In this document: positions 1-9,303 of the stretch, piece after piece
How positions within the stretch are numbered: position 1 is the stretch's first letter
Layout of the letters: the number at the start of each line of letters is the position of its first letter
IMG/VR virus record: IMGVR_UViG_3300009509_000020
Span: 559 to 64,558 of that record
Source: a virus
Taxonomy: Duplodnaviria > Caudoviricetes
Strand: one strand, 5' to 3'
Length of the DNA stretch: 64,000 nt
Made by a program: the position numbers and the translations under genes
The notes under the pieces: model-generated
What the model saw: only the letters and a program-made list of their open reading frames with translations
The model's database searches: none
What the model was told of the DNA's origin: nothing

Positions 1-722
1 GACAACTCTTCTTTGATAGCTTCCTGCTTTGGTCGTTCTCTTGGAGACGCTCCTGCTGTAAGCCAATCTGTTAGTTCAATGCCAAAGTTTTCATCGGGGA
101 CAAAACTCTTATCTTGGCACCTGCCGGTTGTGCGGTCTTTGGTAACAGTAGCATAGTGAGCAGCATTGATTTCCATGAGCATGTCAAATTCGTATTCAAT
201 GCCCTTGCCCTGCTCTGGGGCAAGCCCGATACGTTCTGGCTTATCCCGGCCTTTAGCGTCCTTTACGATAATCCATTCTGTTTTCGTGCGCATTGTAGCA
301 ATGATATGTCCATCAAATCGCAAGATAGCATCAACCATCGCTCGTTGGAGTGGTGTTCCCTCTGACCATGCCGCCCACGTATTGCCGCCGAACTTGGCGC
401 GTGCAATACGTTCTACTTCCTGAAGCAGATCATGCCAGCCATGAGTCAAGCTATCAATGATCAACACATCGTAACCTCCGCGCTGTGCAGCCCCGATAGC
501 CTCAATATATGTGCGCGTACCGAATTGGTCAAGCTCCAATACATCGAAGCTAAACAAATCCGCATATTTCGAGGCCGAACCTCGCTCTGTATCTATGAGG
601 GCGATTCGCCCCCCCAGACCGGTAGCAATCCGCAAGGCGGAAAACGTCTTGCCGCTACCAGATGGGCCGAATAAGGCCAACCTGAGCTTCGCCTGTTCTT
701 TCGTTGCTTTTACGAATTTCAT
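1..722 (-). CDS. Sak4-like AAA ATPase / single-strand annealing recombinase (3' end cut off by window edge)
   Basis: Not in the ORF track. Hand translation from ATG at 722 gives MKFVKATKEQAKLRLALFGPSGSGKTFSALRIATGLGGRIALIDTERGSASKY (Walker A + IDTE). AAAGGAG RBS upstream; no stop seen in the stretches translated, including 1-60. Confidence 0.85.
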   Translation of the reverse strand, partial: MKFVKATKEQAKLRLALFGPSGSGKTFSALRIATGLGGRIALIDTERGSASKYADLFSFDVLELDQFGTRTYIEAIGAAQRGGYDVLIIDSLTHGWHDLLQEVERIARAKFGGNTWAAWSEGTPLQRAMVDAILRFDGHIIATMRTKTEWIIVKDAKGRDKPERIGLAPEQGKGIEYEFDMLMEINAAHYATVTKDRTTGRCQDKSFVPDENFGIELTDWLTAGASPRERPKQEAIKEEL

Positions 723-763
723 TGTAAATTCTCCTTTCGCATTGTATCAACGCCCGTTGACTA

Positions 764-793
764 ATTATACCACAGTTTATGGCCGGCCGTCAA
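764..793 (-). promoter_or_regulatory. sigma70-type promoter for the Sak4-like gene
   Basis: TTGACG-18bp-TATAAT with extended TGTG; palindrome TCAAC-N4-GTTGA (747-760) directly downstream. Confidence 0.7.
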
Positions 794-949
794 TAGCCAG
801 CCAAGCACAATACGGCGTTACTCTGTCATCTTGCATGACCGGGATATTACCGATGGCCGTTACGTTCCCTGGCCTCTTGACCAGGATCGCGCCTGGCAGC
901 GCAAAATGTTTTTGTGCAAAACGCGGTAGAAATGCCAGCACAATAGCCG

Positions 950-1927
950 TCAAGTCGCCTTGTTTCCCGATATTGATAAGCTCGCCCCTGTTGCCCGGTT
1001 CCATTTCGGAAACTGCCTCCATTCTTGGCTGTCTAGCAAATGACCAGCGGCCTTCTTGCCCACTTTCGCCATCGTCACATCTGGCAAAGATGTCCCGCCT
1101 ATTAACACATGCTCGCAATTGTAACTCACCCCAGACTGGTGACACCCATACTCTAGCGTATTAGGTAGCCATTCTCCCCACTGCTTGAAGAAAAATGGAA
1201 CGCCAGCCGCGACACACTGGTCACGAATAGCACGAAACCTGTCTGGATGCACCGGGCGCGCGCCTGGGCCAGTCTCGCCGCCGGCGATAACCCAAGATAG
1301 CTTGCTACTGCCATCTTTGTTACAAAGTGGGCCGTATGGTTCTCCGTCCTGGTCTATTAGTGCAAAGAATTGTTCGAAGTCAATTGGCCCCAATAATGGC
1401 TCACAACTCACAAAGCGCACGGCGGCAGGCAACTGAAGCAACTGCGGGATTCGCAAATCTGCGGCTGCCTGGTTTTCAGCCGTGACGCCGAGCCAGATAT
1501 TGTCCGGCCAGCGATTCAAGACCTCAGTCGTTACCTGCCAGGCGCTGTCGCCAGGCCAACACTCCCCCATCCACTGTTCCCAATCGCGGATATTTTCTGG
1601 CCGCTTCGTGAGTATCTGGAATGTATGATGCTCAGCAGCGGCCATCACGTCGAAAATCTGCGCACGAAAATTGTTTGGTACGCCCTCGTGAAACAGGTCA
1701 CTCATTGAACAGACAAACACCCGACGCGGCTTTCTCCAGCGCAGTGGCTCATTGAGCTTATCAGGATGCAATGTCACTCGAAATGGCTCATCGGCAGGAT
1801 AACCAAACCTGCCTGCCAAACGTTGCGCCATGCGCTTGGCATAACAATTCCTACATCCTGCCGAAATCGGGGTACAGCCCGTGATCGGATTCCATGTTTC
1901 GTCTGCCCAGTCTATTTTTGTTGACAT
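950..1927 (-). CDS. DUF5131 / phage Gp37-Gp68 family protein
   Basis: TKIDWADETWNPITGCTPISAGCRNCYA, FVCSMSDLFH, QILTKRP, FVSCEPLLGPI, WVIAGGETG, PFFFKQWG. Confidence 0.92.
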   Translation of the reverse strand: MSTKIDWADETWNPITGCTPISAGCRNCYAKRMAQRLAGRFGYPADEPFRVTLHPDKLNEPLRWRKPRRVFVCSMSDLFHEGVPNNFRAQIFDVMAAAEHHTFQILTKRPENIRDWEQWMGECWPGDSAWQVTTEVLNRWPDNIWLGVTAENQAAADLRIPQLLQLPAAVRFVSCEPLLGPIDFEQFFALIDQDGEPYGPLCNKDGSSKLSWVIAGGETGPGARPVHPDRFRAIRDQCVAAGVPFFFKQWGEWLPNTLEYGCHQSGVSYNCEHVLIGGTSLPDVTMAKVGKKAAGHLLDSQEWRQFPKWNRATGASLSISGNKAT

Positions 1928-1958
1928 TTGATCCTCTCCCTTCTCAAGACTAATGTTG

Positions 1959-2393
1959 TCATTTGCATTTTTCTTCAGGTAGCAAATAGTAAAGCTGAAC
2001 AGTTCCAGGTACTTCTACCTGGTATTCTTGTTTGGCCCAGAACGGCGGCGAATCCATTGGCGCGTGAAAGTGACTGGCTACTACTGGTAAATCTTCGATA
2101 CTTTCCCACTGCTTCGCCCTGTCAGCAAGTGCAAGATAGAAGTCCACGTCAACCGGATCGGTATCTAGCAGGGTGGCCGTTGAAAATTGCCCAGGTGCAA
2201 ACAACACTTCCCGTATCAATTGCCCATGACAGATGGCCCGGAACATGATAACCGAAGCCACGGCCTCGGCATCTACCTCAGTTGCCAGATAGCGCGGGGC
2301 CTCGTGGCCGATAGCACGCGCTAATAATACGCGATCAGGCGTGGTAATCAACAGTAACATGAGGGCAATTGTAGTTGTAACTTCTGCTATCAT
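1959..2393 (-). CDS. SleB/Hydrolase_2-like cell wall hydrolase
   Basis: LARAIGHEA...AVASVI...VLFAPGQFS...ASHFH pattern; hydrophobic N-terminus. Confidence 0.6.
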   Translation of the reverse strand: MIAEVTTTIALMLLLITTPDRVLLARAIGHEAPRYLATEVDAEAVASVIMFRAICHGQLIREVLFAPGQFSTATLLDTDPVDVDFYLALADRAKQWESIEDLPVVASHFHAPMDSPPFWAKQEYQVEVPGTVQLYYLLPEEKCK

Positions 2394-2425
2394 CGTTCAT
2401 TTAACCAATTCTGGCGGTGTGTCTG
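2372..2425. repeat. 54-bp diverged direct repeat, copy 1 (copy 2 at 3334-3387)
   Basis: tagttgtaacttctgctatcatcgttcatttaaccaattctggcggtgtgtctg versus tagttgcaacctccaccattatcgttcatttaatcaattctggcggtgtatctg. Confidence 0.8.
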
Positions 2426-2447
2426 CCAAATAACTATGAATAGACAA

Positions 2448-2666
2448 CTAGAAAAACTCATCACACTCAATCTGTTCAAAGTATAGGGTTTCTGCTGCCT
2501 CGAATGGCATGATAAAAGGTTTCTCTTTGTAGATTGCCTCTATATAAATCAATGCACTTTCAAGCCCGCTTACTGCAAGCAAAATACTAGCAGCGCGAAT
2601 GTGGAACTGAGTCACATGTGGAAGTCTCTGTAATATCCTGAATAGTTGTCTACTGTCTTTACTCAT
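2448..2666 (-). CDS. hypothetical protein
   Basis: ORF packed co-directionally in the leftward operon. Confidence 0.5.
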   Translation of the reverse strand: MSKDSRQLFRILQRLPHVTQFHIRAASILLAVSGLESALIYIEAIYKEKPFIMPFEAAETLYFEQIECDEFF

Positions 2667-2704
2667 CTTATTTGCCTATTCTTGACTTCTCAGGATAATT
2701 TGTG

Positions 2705-3352
2705 TCATGTTTTTCTGCCTTCCACAACTTTGAATTCTATAACCCATACCCATGGATTGCTGGCCCATGAAAAACCGCGCTTGGCATTGATTGAATCCCA
2801 GAAAATCGAGAAGTCCTCATCTGATGTCGCAGAATTGCCAAAAGGCCCTCCCTCTCTGCATACATCCTCATGGCTAATATCCTGTACCCGTTCTGTTCTC
2901 ACACTTGTTACCTCAAGCAAAATGCGACTGTGTTCTCTAAACATGTAAATTGAGGGTCGTTTTTCCCACCATCCATGATTACAGGGTTCTGGAGGTTCTC
3001 CATCGACGGCATACCAAACGCGACCGGTGTTTTCCTGCCATTCATCATGCTCCCCAGTCCAATAATCAAAGCCACCATTGTTCCTTGCCTCAATAAAATG
3101 TGTCTCTCTTACCCATAGCCGATCCCCTGGAATACCAAAAGAACAATCTCGTAATGCCCAATCCACAAATTTTGTATTATCAAGACTGGCAAATGGGGAC
3201 TTACCAGCATATCTGAAAATTCCATCTTCACTCGGCCCTGGTTGTGGCTTAATTACACGCCGCGTCTGTGTTTTCTGGCCGCCAAGAATAGCCTTCACCA
3301 TCGGCCTGCTAAATATAATGGGCCGTTCTTTCATAGTTGCAACCTCCACCAT
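2705..3352 (-). CDS. ASCH/PUA-like conserved phage protein
   Basis: MKERPIIFS..MVKAIL.G.KTQTRRVIKPQP, GDRLWVRET, PSIYM...SRILLEV, NPWVWVIEF. Confidence 0.8.
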   Translation of the reverse strand: MVEVATMKERPIIFSRPMVKAILGGQKTQTRRVIKPQPGPSEDGIFRYAGKSPFASLDNTKFVDWALRDCSFGIPGDRLWVRETHFIEARNNGGFDYWTGEHDEWQENTGRVWYAVDGEPPEPCNHGWWEKRPSIYMFREHSRILLEVTSVRTERVQDISHEDVCREGGPFGNSATSDEDFSIFWDSINAKRGFSWASNPWVWVIEFKVVEGRKT

Positions 3353-3387
3353 TATCGTTCATTTAATCAATTCTGGCGGTGTATCTG
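3334..3387. repeat. 54-bp diverged direct repeat, copy 2
   Basis: See 2372-2425. Confidence 0.8.
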
Positions 3388-3877
3388 TATTGGCAACGTG
3401 ATATGGTACTGCCACATAGCCGCCCAGAACGCCGCAATTACATGGCTCGTCTGGGGTAACTTCCCATCCGCACAAGATACAAATATTTTCGTCCATTGGT
3501 TTCTCCTCTGTCATGGCCGTCAGCCGATTTAACAGGCTGTGCGGCAATTTGATTTCTATTCCCGCCTCATCTTCCAATACTGCCCAGAGATGTACATCGA
3601 GGTCAAAGTCATACATAGCCCTCTCTCCTACTTCTTGAATATCGCCCACTCTGAAAAAACACGTATGCCTATCAGATTCGATTGGTTCTCCTTTACACCG
3701 CCGAATGTGATAACAAAATGCGTGGCCGAAACAAGCATCGGGCCAACAAATTAACGCAATCGCTGTGAGCATAGCGATGTCGCTTGGTATGCCATGTTGT
3801 AGCAGGATTTTGTACAGTTTGGCGTCGTGTTTGTATATACTCGTTTCGTAGAAATAACTTGGCCTATCTGATGCCAT
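3359..3877 (-). CDS. hypothetical Cys-rich protein
   Basis: 172-aa ORF in operon with CILC and CNC motifs. Confidence 0.55.
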   Translation of the reverse strand: MASDRPSYFYETSIYKHDAKLYKILLQHGIPSDIAMLTAIALICWPDACFGHAFCYHIRRCKGEPIESDRHTCFFRVGDIQEVGERAMYDFDLDVHLWAVLEDEAGIEIKLPHSLLNRLTAMTEEKPMDENICILCGWEVTPDEPCNCGVLGGYVAVPYHVANTDTPPELIK

Positions 3878-3881
3878 ATTC

Positions 3882-4562
3882 TCACTTACTCACGGCCTTT
3901 TTAACAGCCCTGGCTATTGCCTTGCCCATGGGTAATGGAACGCCATTGCCTATAGCCTTTCCAAGCTCTCGGCGTGTGAACGGTGGAACATCAAAATCAT
4001 TTGGAAGACCTTGTAGTTTTGCCATTTGTTGCCACGTTCTTCCCTTGCCGCGCCTGCTATCTTCCCAATTGCCCCCAATATGATCATGTGCTGTCACACA
4101 ATATTCAAACTCTGGATTGTCAAAAACAACAAGGCCATCATCTATGATCAACTTTCTGCCGTCTTTAGTGCCGAATGAAAACCGCCTGACACGATTCTGT
4201 TTTTCACCAAAAGCTCTATTGTTGACCAGATACGATCGGGTCACATAGTTCTCTGCAAAAGGCAGCGGAGCTTGCCTGACATTTTCCATAAGAAACCAGG
4301 CCGGTTGTGCTTCGGCTATACAGCGTTCAAATTCCGGTATCAAATTTTCCTTGTCTGTAGTAGGATAGGCCGATAATGGCGAAAATGCCTTGCACGGCGG
4401 CCCGCCGATCACGCCGTCAAATTTACCTGCCAGGGGGTGAAAATTACGAATGTCGCCACCCCATATCAAATCGGGGCCGCGTACCACACAAAATCCTTCT
4501 TCCTCGAAGGCCATATCGAGTAAGCCGATTCCTGGAAACAATGACAATACTAATTGTCCCAT
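3882..4562 (-). CDS. C5 DNA cytosine methyltransferase (compact)
   Basis: SLFPGIG (I), GGPPC (IV), MENV (VI), QNRVR (VIII), LQGLP and IGNGV (IX/X). Confidence 0.92.
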   Translation of the reverse strand: MGQLVLSLFPGIGLLDMAFEEEGFCVVRGPDLIWGGDIRNFHPLAGKFDGVIGGPPCKAFSPLSAYPTTDKENLIPEFERCIAEAQPAWFLMENVRQAPLPFAENYVTRSYLVNNRAFGEKQNRVRRFSFGTKDGRKLIIDDGLVVFDNPEFEYCVTAHDHIGGNWEDSRRGKGRTWQQMAKLQGLPNDFDVPPFTRRELGKAIGNGVPLPMGKAIARAVKKAVSK

Positions 4563-4566
4563 AAGA

Positions 4567-4740
4567 TTAACCTGTTATTTCATCGAAACTCAACTGTTGC
4601 ATTGAGGTAGGCGCAGTGCCCTTTCTGTGTAATAGACAACGCCGATCATCCTCGTTACATCCGTTTGGTATAGGGCACGAAAAACACAACCGCTGGTGCT
4701 CAGTCAATGCGTGAATTAGTACAGGCTCTCTTTTTGGCAT
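4567..4740 (-). CDS. small Cys-rich hypothetical protein
   Basis: MPKREP...CFSC...C...C, preceded by a GGAGG RBS. Confidence 0.5.
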   Translation of the reverse strand: MPKREPVLIHALTEHQRLCFSCPIPNGCNEDDRRCLLHRKGTAPTSMQQLSFDEITG

Positions 4741-4820
4741 GGTTCTTCTACCTCCATTGCGCAATGAGATATACTACAAATCGTCACTGCCAAAACTTTT
4801 CAATTCAAGCTCGCCGAGCT

Positions 4821-5381
4821 TCAGTTGGTTTCCTCATCTTTCCCCTGTCCATTTCCGAGCCGCCGCATACCATCAGCAATTTGCCTTATCACGTTCCGCA
4901 CTTCTGGCAACATTCTGACATCATCTCGCTTACGTCTCAGTAAAACGCCGTATACCTCGGCAAATCTGGCTCGCGTTGCCGCTGCCATTTCAAGTGGCTC
5001 TTGGCCGAGCCTTCCCCAGCCGCCCATTGCCTCAACAGCCTGCTGTGTCAGTTGATGAACATAATCCCGCCGACGTTCAAGCGGCATGCCAAAGGCAAGC
5101 TGTACTTGTCCCCATGCCTCTATTGCAGATGGGACATCTCCCGTCGCCATTTCTACTATATCAAAGGCGGTCTGTCGAATTGTGCCAGCAGATGGCGGAA
5201 ACTCACGGGCCTGGCCGCCAAGATAACGCACTGCTGCCCAGAGTTGATCTGCGGGTACATCTGCCAGAATTTGATAGTATGCCTCAGACGTTGCCTTATT
5301 GCCACGAAAGTTTGGATACAATGCGGCCATGAAAGCCATTATTTTAGCAAAGTCAACTGGGGCTATCAAGTCGTTCCTCAT
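4821..5381 (-). CDS. replicative helicase loader/inhibitor (G39P/P-like)
   Basis: AALYPNF...YYQILADV...FPPSAGTIR...A.EAWGQV...AMGGW..L pattern; directly after the initiator gene. Confidence 0.7.
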   Translation of the reverse strand: MRNDLIAPVDFAKIMAFMAALYPNFRGNKATSEAYYQILADVPADQLWAAVRYLGGQAREFPPSAGTIRQTAFDIVEMATGDVPSAIEAWGQVQLAFGMPLERRRDYVHQLTQQAVEAMGGWGRLGQEPLEMAAATRARFAEVYGVLLRRKRDDVRMLPEVRNVIRQIADGMRRLGNGQGKDEETN

Positions 5382-6429
5382 TCTGGGCTTGTTCTTTGTC
5401 TGTCAGCCATTCCCGAATAGCATCAAAGGCGGCCGGTTCTGATTTTGTTTCCCCGTCCTTGCCATTTCCCCTTCTTCGTACCAGTGGCTCTCCCTGTTTT
5501 GATCTTGCGCAAAATACCCCTACATCGGCAGCAAAAGAATAATTAAATGGAGTAGAATAACTTTTGAAGCTGTACCCATCGTCCTGACTTAGGGCCTCGA
5601 TACAGGGACATAGCTCATGGGCATTTATTCCCCATGTCTCAGCTATTTTGGCAAGTTCAGCGGCCCATTGTTGTCTCTGTTTGTCAGAAAGTGATGGCTG
5701 CGGAATACCTGCCAGTTGGCAGAAGGCAGTCAGCGGCCCGTCAGAGAAGGCATTGACGCCACCCGCGGCCGGCGGAACTGTCCACGAGGCCGGTTTGTCT
5801 GATGCTGCCTGTGCCTCGGCGCAATCTGCGGCCAGAGAGAGAGGATCGCTATTGCATTGCGCCCGCCGGCGGGCAATACGCGCAAGCGGTGTTTCTTTGG
5901 CTGGGACTGTTTGCAGTGGAGGCGGTGAGTTTACCGCCGTCTGCGGCGGTAAATCTGCTGTAGTCTGTGGAGCAGTCTTTGCTGTAGTCTCTGTTATGAT
6001 ATTTGATTCAACCTCAATTGGATTTTCATCGCAGTCTGAAATGGATTTTAGGTTTTGTCTAAAAACGGCTAGGAATGTTTCCCTAATTAGCCGGATATGG
6101 TGAGTAGGTGATCCATTGAATCTATATAGTTCAATTTCAACTAGTCCTTTATCTTTTAGTATTTGGCTTGCCCGATCATACTGATAGGCCGTTATTCTGA
6201 TTTCATCCCACCAGTCTGTGCGCTTTTTTGCGACCCACAGTTTACCGCCTTTTTTGACCCGTAATTTTGAGGCCCCGTTTCTGTTTGGCAAATGCCAATA
6301 GACGATTTGAGATAACAGCAGGCCGGCTATCAAGTCGCCAGTCATGTCAACGTATATTGTCTTGAAATCTATCGTGTCTCTGGTGGTTGCTTCCCAGGCT
6401 AGGAATTGACTAAATTCAACATTGCTCAT
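5353..6429 (-). CDS. phage replication initiator (N-terminal winged helix)
   Basis: IYVDMTGDLIAGLLLSQIVYW...WVAK..TDWWDEI...L...GLVE, followed by a low-complexity linker. Confidence 0.8.
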   Translation of the reverse strand: MSNVEFSQFLAWEATTRDTIDFKTIYVDMTGDLIAGLLLSQIVYWHLPNRNGASKLRVKKGGKLWVAKKRTDWWDEIRITAYQYDRASQILKDKGLVEIELYRFNGSPTHHIRLIRETFLAVFRQNLKSISDCDENPIEVESNIITETTAKTAPQTTADLPPQTAVNSPPPLQTVPAKETPLARIARRRAQCNSDPLSLAADCAEAQAASDKPASWTVPPAAGGVNAFSDGPLTAFCQLAGIPQPSLSDKQRQQWAAELAKIAETWGINAHELCPCIEALSQDDGYSFKSYSTPFNYSFAADVGVFCARSKQGEPLVRRRGNGKDGETKSEPAAFDAIREWLTDKEQAQNEERLDSPS

Positions 6430-6449
6430 TGTATAACTCCGTTATATGC

Positions 6450-7040
6450 CTAATGTAATCCAAAAGGATTACATTCATATGTTTGTATAAAAAGATTCCC
6501 TGTCCCTCCGAGGCTTCTATGACCGGCATTCCAATCACACTTGACTTGTACTTTTATTGTAGCCATAACTAAAATATCTATACCGCTAATCTGCATCTGC
6601 TCATCTGTGATTTCCGTGGTAAGCAGAGGCAATTTTATAATACCGCGCTTCAAGAGATCTTTTGTTATTGATACCGCTATTTGGCCCTTGATAGAAGTTG
6701 TTGCATTGCCTAATTTTGATTCGGCTTTTCTTGCCCACGTTTCTGGTATTTCATATTCTGCCAAGTTGGGTATATCTGATGGGGGTATCAATCTGCCTAA
6801 CGCTGTCTTTATTCCAGATTGGCTTGCGCTCACCTCTTTGTATCTCGCAAGATTTAGCGATCTCGCATCCCCAACAGAAAAGACATAAACGCGCCTCGTC
6901 TTTATAGAAACATGACATCTGATTATATCACCATCTTCTTCATATATTCCATATTGTACAAGGTTCTTATTCAACTTCGTTTCCCCATGTATCCCATCCC
7001 TCAAATTTTTCACGTGCAAATAATTCAATGCGTCTGCCAT
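6450..7040 (-). CDS. putative PD-(D/E)XK nuclease-like protein (start uncertain)
   Basis: QISGIDILV...KVQVKCD...TGNLFIQ resembles a D...(E/Q)xK catalytic motif; AT-rich; coupled to the MT-A70 gene. Confidence 0.5.
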   Translation of the reverse strand: MADALNYLHVKNLRDGIHGETKLNKNLVQYGIYEEDGDIIRCHVSIKTRRVYVFSVGDARSLNLARYKEVSASQSGIKTALGRLIPPSDIPNLAEYEIPETWARKAESKLGNATTSIKGQIAVSITKDLLKRGIIKLPLLTTEITDEQMQISGIDILVMATIKVQVKCDWNAGHRSLGGTGNLFIQTYECNPFGLH

Positions 7041-8109
7041 GAGGATATAAGGTGTCTATTATTTTTCTAAACTCTTGCGGTTTTTCAGAATGGCGCTCTG
7101 TGCGTTCGCAAGTCACTACACTATCAAACTTTTTATCACTATCTGGCGTGCAACTTCCCCTGGTACAAATTAGTAGAAATTCATGCCGGACACTGTTGTA
7201 ATGCCCAAAGTTATGCTTGACTTTATCCCAGACAAACGAGGTTTTATACTTGAAACCCCAGGCGCGGATCACTGCAAAACATTCCTCTAGTAGGGGAGAT
7301 GTAACCCATAAAAATAGAACGGCATTATCCTCGGCCATGTTCTTGATTGGCAACTTGCATAGCTCGTCAAGACTCATGGTGGGATAGTGCCGTTCTGCAC
7401 GTCCATAGTTGTCATTGTTTATTACACCAGAGTTTCCATATTGCCACGGGGGATCGGCATAGATGACACGATATTTTCCAGTCGTTTCAAATTCTACTGG
7501 TTCTGGGCGCGTTACCTGTCGGTATGCCTCTTTTGGCTTGACGCCTTGCTCTATCAAGCCAACCATCTTTACTTGTTTTCCTTCTGGTAGCTCTGTGGCT
7601 TTGGCGGCTAGGCTCACGGCTATCTTGTCTAGCTCTACCGCCTGAGCAAGTTCTGGCGCGCCTTTGGCGAGGACTTTCTTGGCGCGTTGAATTGAATCAG
7701 ATGATACATTCAGTAGCGAGCCTGCATCGCCTTGAGAAATTACCGCAAATGCGGTAATTTTCTCCGGTCTGCCAGGCCCTTCCAAATTTGCTATCTTCGC
7801 TGCTACTATTGCCCGTTGGCTTTCGCTTAAATGTCTTCGATGCAAGTTCATACTCACCACGAAAGAAACCAGCGATCCTTGTTTTTCCCACGTCCTGAAT
7901 TGCGGGCGTGTCTCTGTTTCAATACAAGCCCTATGCCGGTTGCGCCCGTCAAGAATACTCCTATCTGGATGTAGCCAGATAGCCTCTCTAAGGCCATTGG
8001 CGGCAATATCGGCTTTAAGTTCCTCAAAGTCTTGCCCCTCCATAAGGGGAAATAACTGCGCTATTTCATTATATGGCCGGTTGATTTCCTGCTCAAGCCA
8101 GTTGTCCAT
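6967..8109 (-). CDS. ParB-N domain fused to MT-A70 family N6-adenine methyltransferase
   Basis: ILDGRNRHRAC and SMNLHRRHL (ParB-like); VIYADPPW, LFLWVT, HSEKP, IELFAR, WGNE (MT-A70). Start re-called at 8109 after AGGAG. Confidence 0.92.
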   Translation of the reverse strand: MDNWLEQEINRPYNEIAQLFPLMEGQDFEELKADIAANGLREAIWLHPDRSILDGRNRHRACIETETRPQFRTWEKQGSLVSFVVSMNLHRRHLSESQRAIVAAKIANLEGPGRPEKITAFAVISQGDAGSLLNVSSDSIQRAKKVLAKGAPELAQAVELDKIAVSLAAKATELPEGKQVKMVGLIEQGVKPKEAYRQVTRPEPVEFETTGKYRVIYADPPWQYGNSGVINNDNYGRAERHYPTMSLDELCKLPIKNMAEDNAVLFLWVTSPLLEECFAVIRAWGFKYKTSFVWDKVKHNFGHYNSVRHEFLLICTRGSCTPDSDKKFDSVVTCERTERHSEKPQEFRKIIDTLYPHGRRIELFAREKFEGWDTWGNEVE

Positions 8110-8123
8110 TTTTCTCCTCAAAC

Positions 8124-8295
8124 AAAAAGCACCGATGATCTGTCCCGGTGGCCGATGGCAATTACCCCCTAGCAATAGGTAACGACCACCGGCACAGATC
8201 GCCAGTGCTTTTTAGCTAGGGGTTTAGGCTTGCCACGGCCCGCGCTTCTTTTAATCGCGCAGCTATATTCTACCACTACTCTCCTGGATTGTCAA
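8124..8295 (-). promoter_or_regulatory. promoter plus structured A-B-A'-B' leader of the MT-A70 operon
   Basis: TTGACA(8295-8290)-17-TAGAAT; helices 8215-8235/8156-8173 and 8183-8213/8124-8154; U-tract after. Confidence 0.65.
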
Positions 8296-8310
8296 GCACA
8301 TGACTCATAT

Positions 8311-8595
8311 TTATTCGCCTTGATATGCAGCAATGGCCCTCATAATCAACTCTGCGGTTTCTCTGCCACTTTCATCAAGGGGAACAATAAAAGCCTGTCC
8401 GCTATTATCTCCAATTGAAATAGCATCAAACTCAAATAAATGAGGATACTTTTCTTGCTTTTCTATTTCATGTAGCGTTGCTGGAATTGCATTGTATCTT
8501 GCCGTGCGAATACCAAGCGTTGCTCGCTTTAGGCGTTCCAAGCTCCAAAATTGACTCATTATTATCAATCTCCTTTCTTCAAAATGCTTTGCCAT
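8311..8595 (-). CDS. hypothetical protein
   Basis: ORF in operon. Confidence 0.5.
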   Translation of the reverse strand: MAKHFEERRLIIMSQFWSLERLKRATLGIRTARYNAIPATLHEIEKQEKYPHLFEFDAISIGDNSGQAFIVPLDESGRETAELIMRAIAAYQGE

Positions 8596-8908
8596 GCCGA
8601 TATGGCCGTATCGCGTTGTACACCATCTTGGCCTCTATTGCTTCGGCCAGTCTCAGATTGCATCCCGCCGCATAGTCCATGATGCGGATCACGGCGTCGG
8701 CCAGTTCTTCTTCGACTGCGTTGAAGCCAGGCATCTTTTCGCTTGACCCATTGCCATTGCGCAATGCTTCCAGGGCCTCTGACAATTCAGAGTGCATCAG
8801 GGCAATAAGCTCGCCATCATTGCGCTCGCCGTCCCACCAGCCATTGGCTCTGGTCACGGTGTATATCTCACGTTGCTTCTTTTCAAACGCCTGGGTGAAC
8901 GTGCTCAT
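8579..8908 (-). CDS. MazG-like NTP pyrophosphohydrolase
   Basis: LIALMHSELSEALEALR...EEELADAVIRIMD...KM.YN..RPYRHGK. Confidence 0.88.
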   Translation of the reverse strand: MSTFTQAFEKKQREIYTVTRANGWWDGERNDGELIALMHSELSEALEALRNGNGSSEKMPGFNAVEEELADAVIRIMDYAAGCNLRLAEAIEAKMVYNAIRPYRHGKAF

Positions 8909-9114
8909 TTAGCCGCCAATGCATTCAGGAATTCTTTCAGGTGTGACTCGCAAACGAAGGTAACAACGCCCCCGACCTTGATCCACGCATCTGGGTCAGC
9001 TCCACAGAATTCACAGCACGAGGGCACGTCGCCGTAGCTGCCGGCCGATTGCTTGTACTGTTGTACTAAATTCTCAATTACACGAAGCATTCTGAGTCTG
9101 TAATTTGTGCTCAT
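8905..9114 (-). CDS. small hypothetical protein
   Basis: MSTNY...CEFC...C..H ORF overlapping its neighbours by a few bases. Confidence 0.5.
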   Translation of the reverse strand: MSTNYRLRMLRVIENLVQQYKQSAGSYGDVPSCCEFCGADPDAWIKVGGVVTFVCESHLKEFLNALAAK

Positions 9115-9303
9115 CTCGCCTTCTCTCCGTAAAATATCCATGCCTTGCCGTCATAAGACTCTCTTTGCCATTCTAGTATTCGCTGACGGCCCGTTATTCT
9201 GTTTCCACCGTAAATATGACCTATCTGTCGCTCGGTGGCAGAATATCCGATGTGAACTATCTTGCCACGAACCTTGACTTTTTCCTCTTTGCGCTCATTA
9301 CCT

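Noticed and set aside
511-1164. 217-aa plus-strand ORF and other plus-strand ORFs in 1-15000
   Set aside because: Antisense shadows of recognisable minus-strand genes (Sak4-like, DUF5131 and others).
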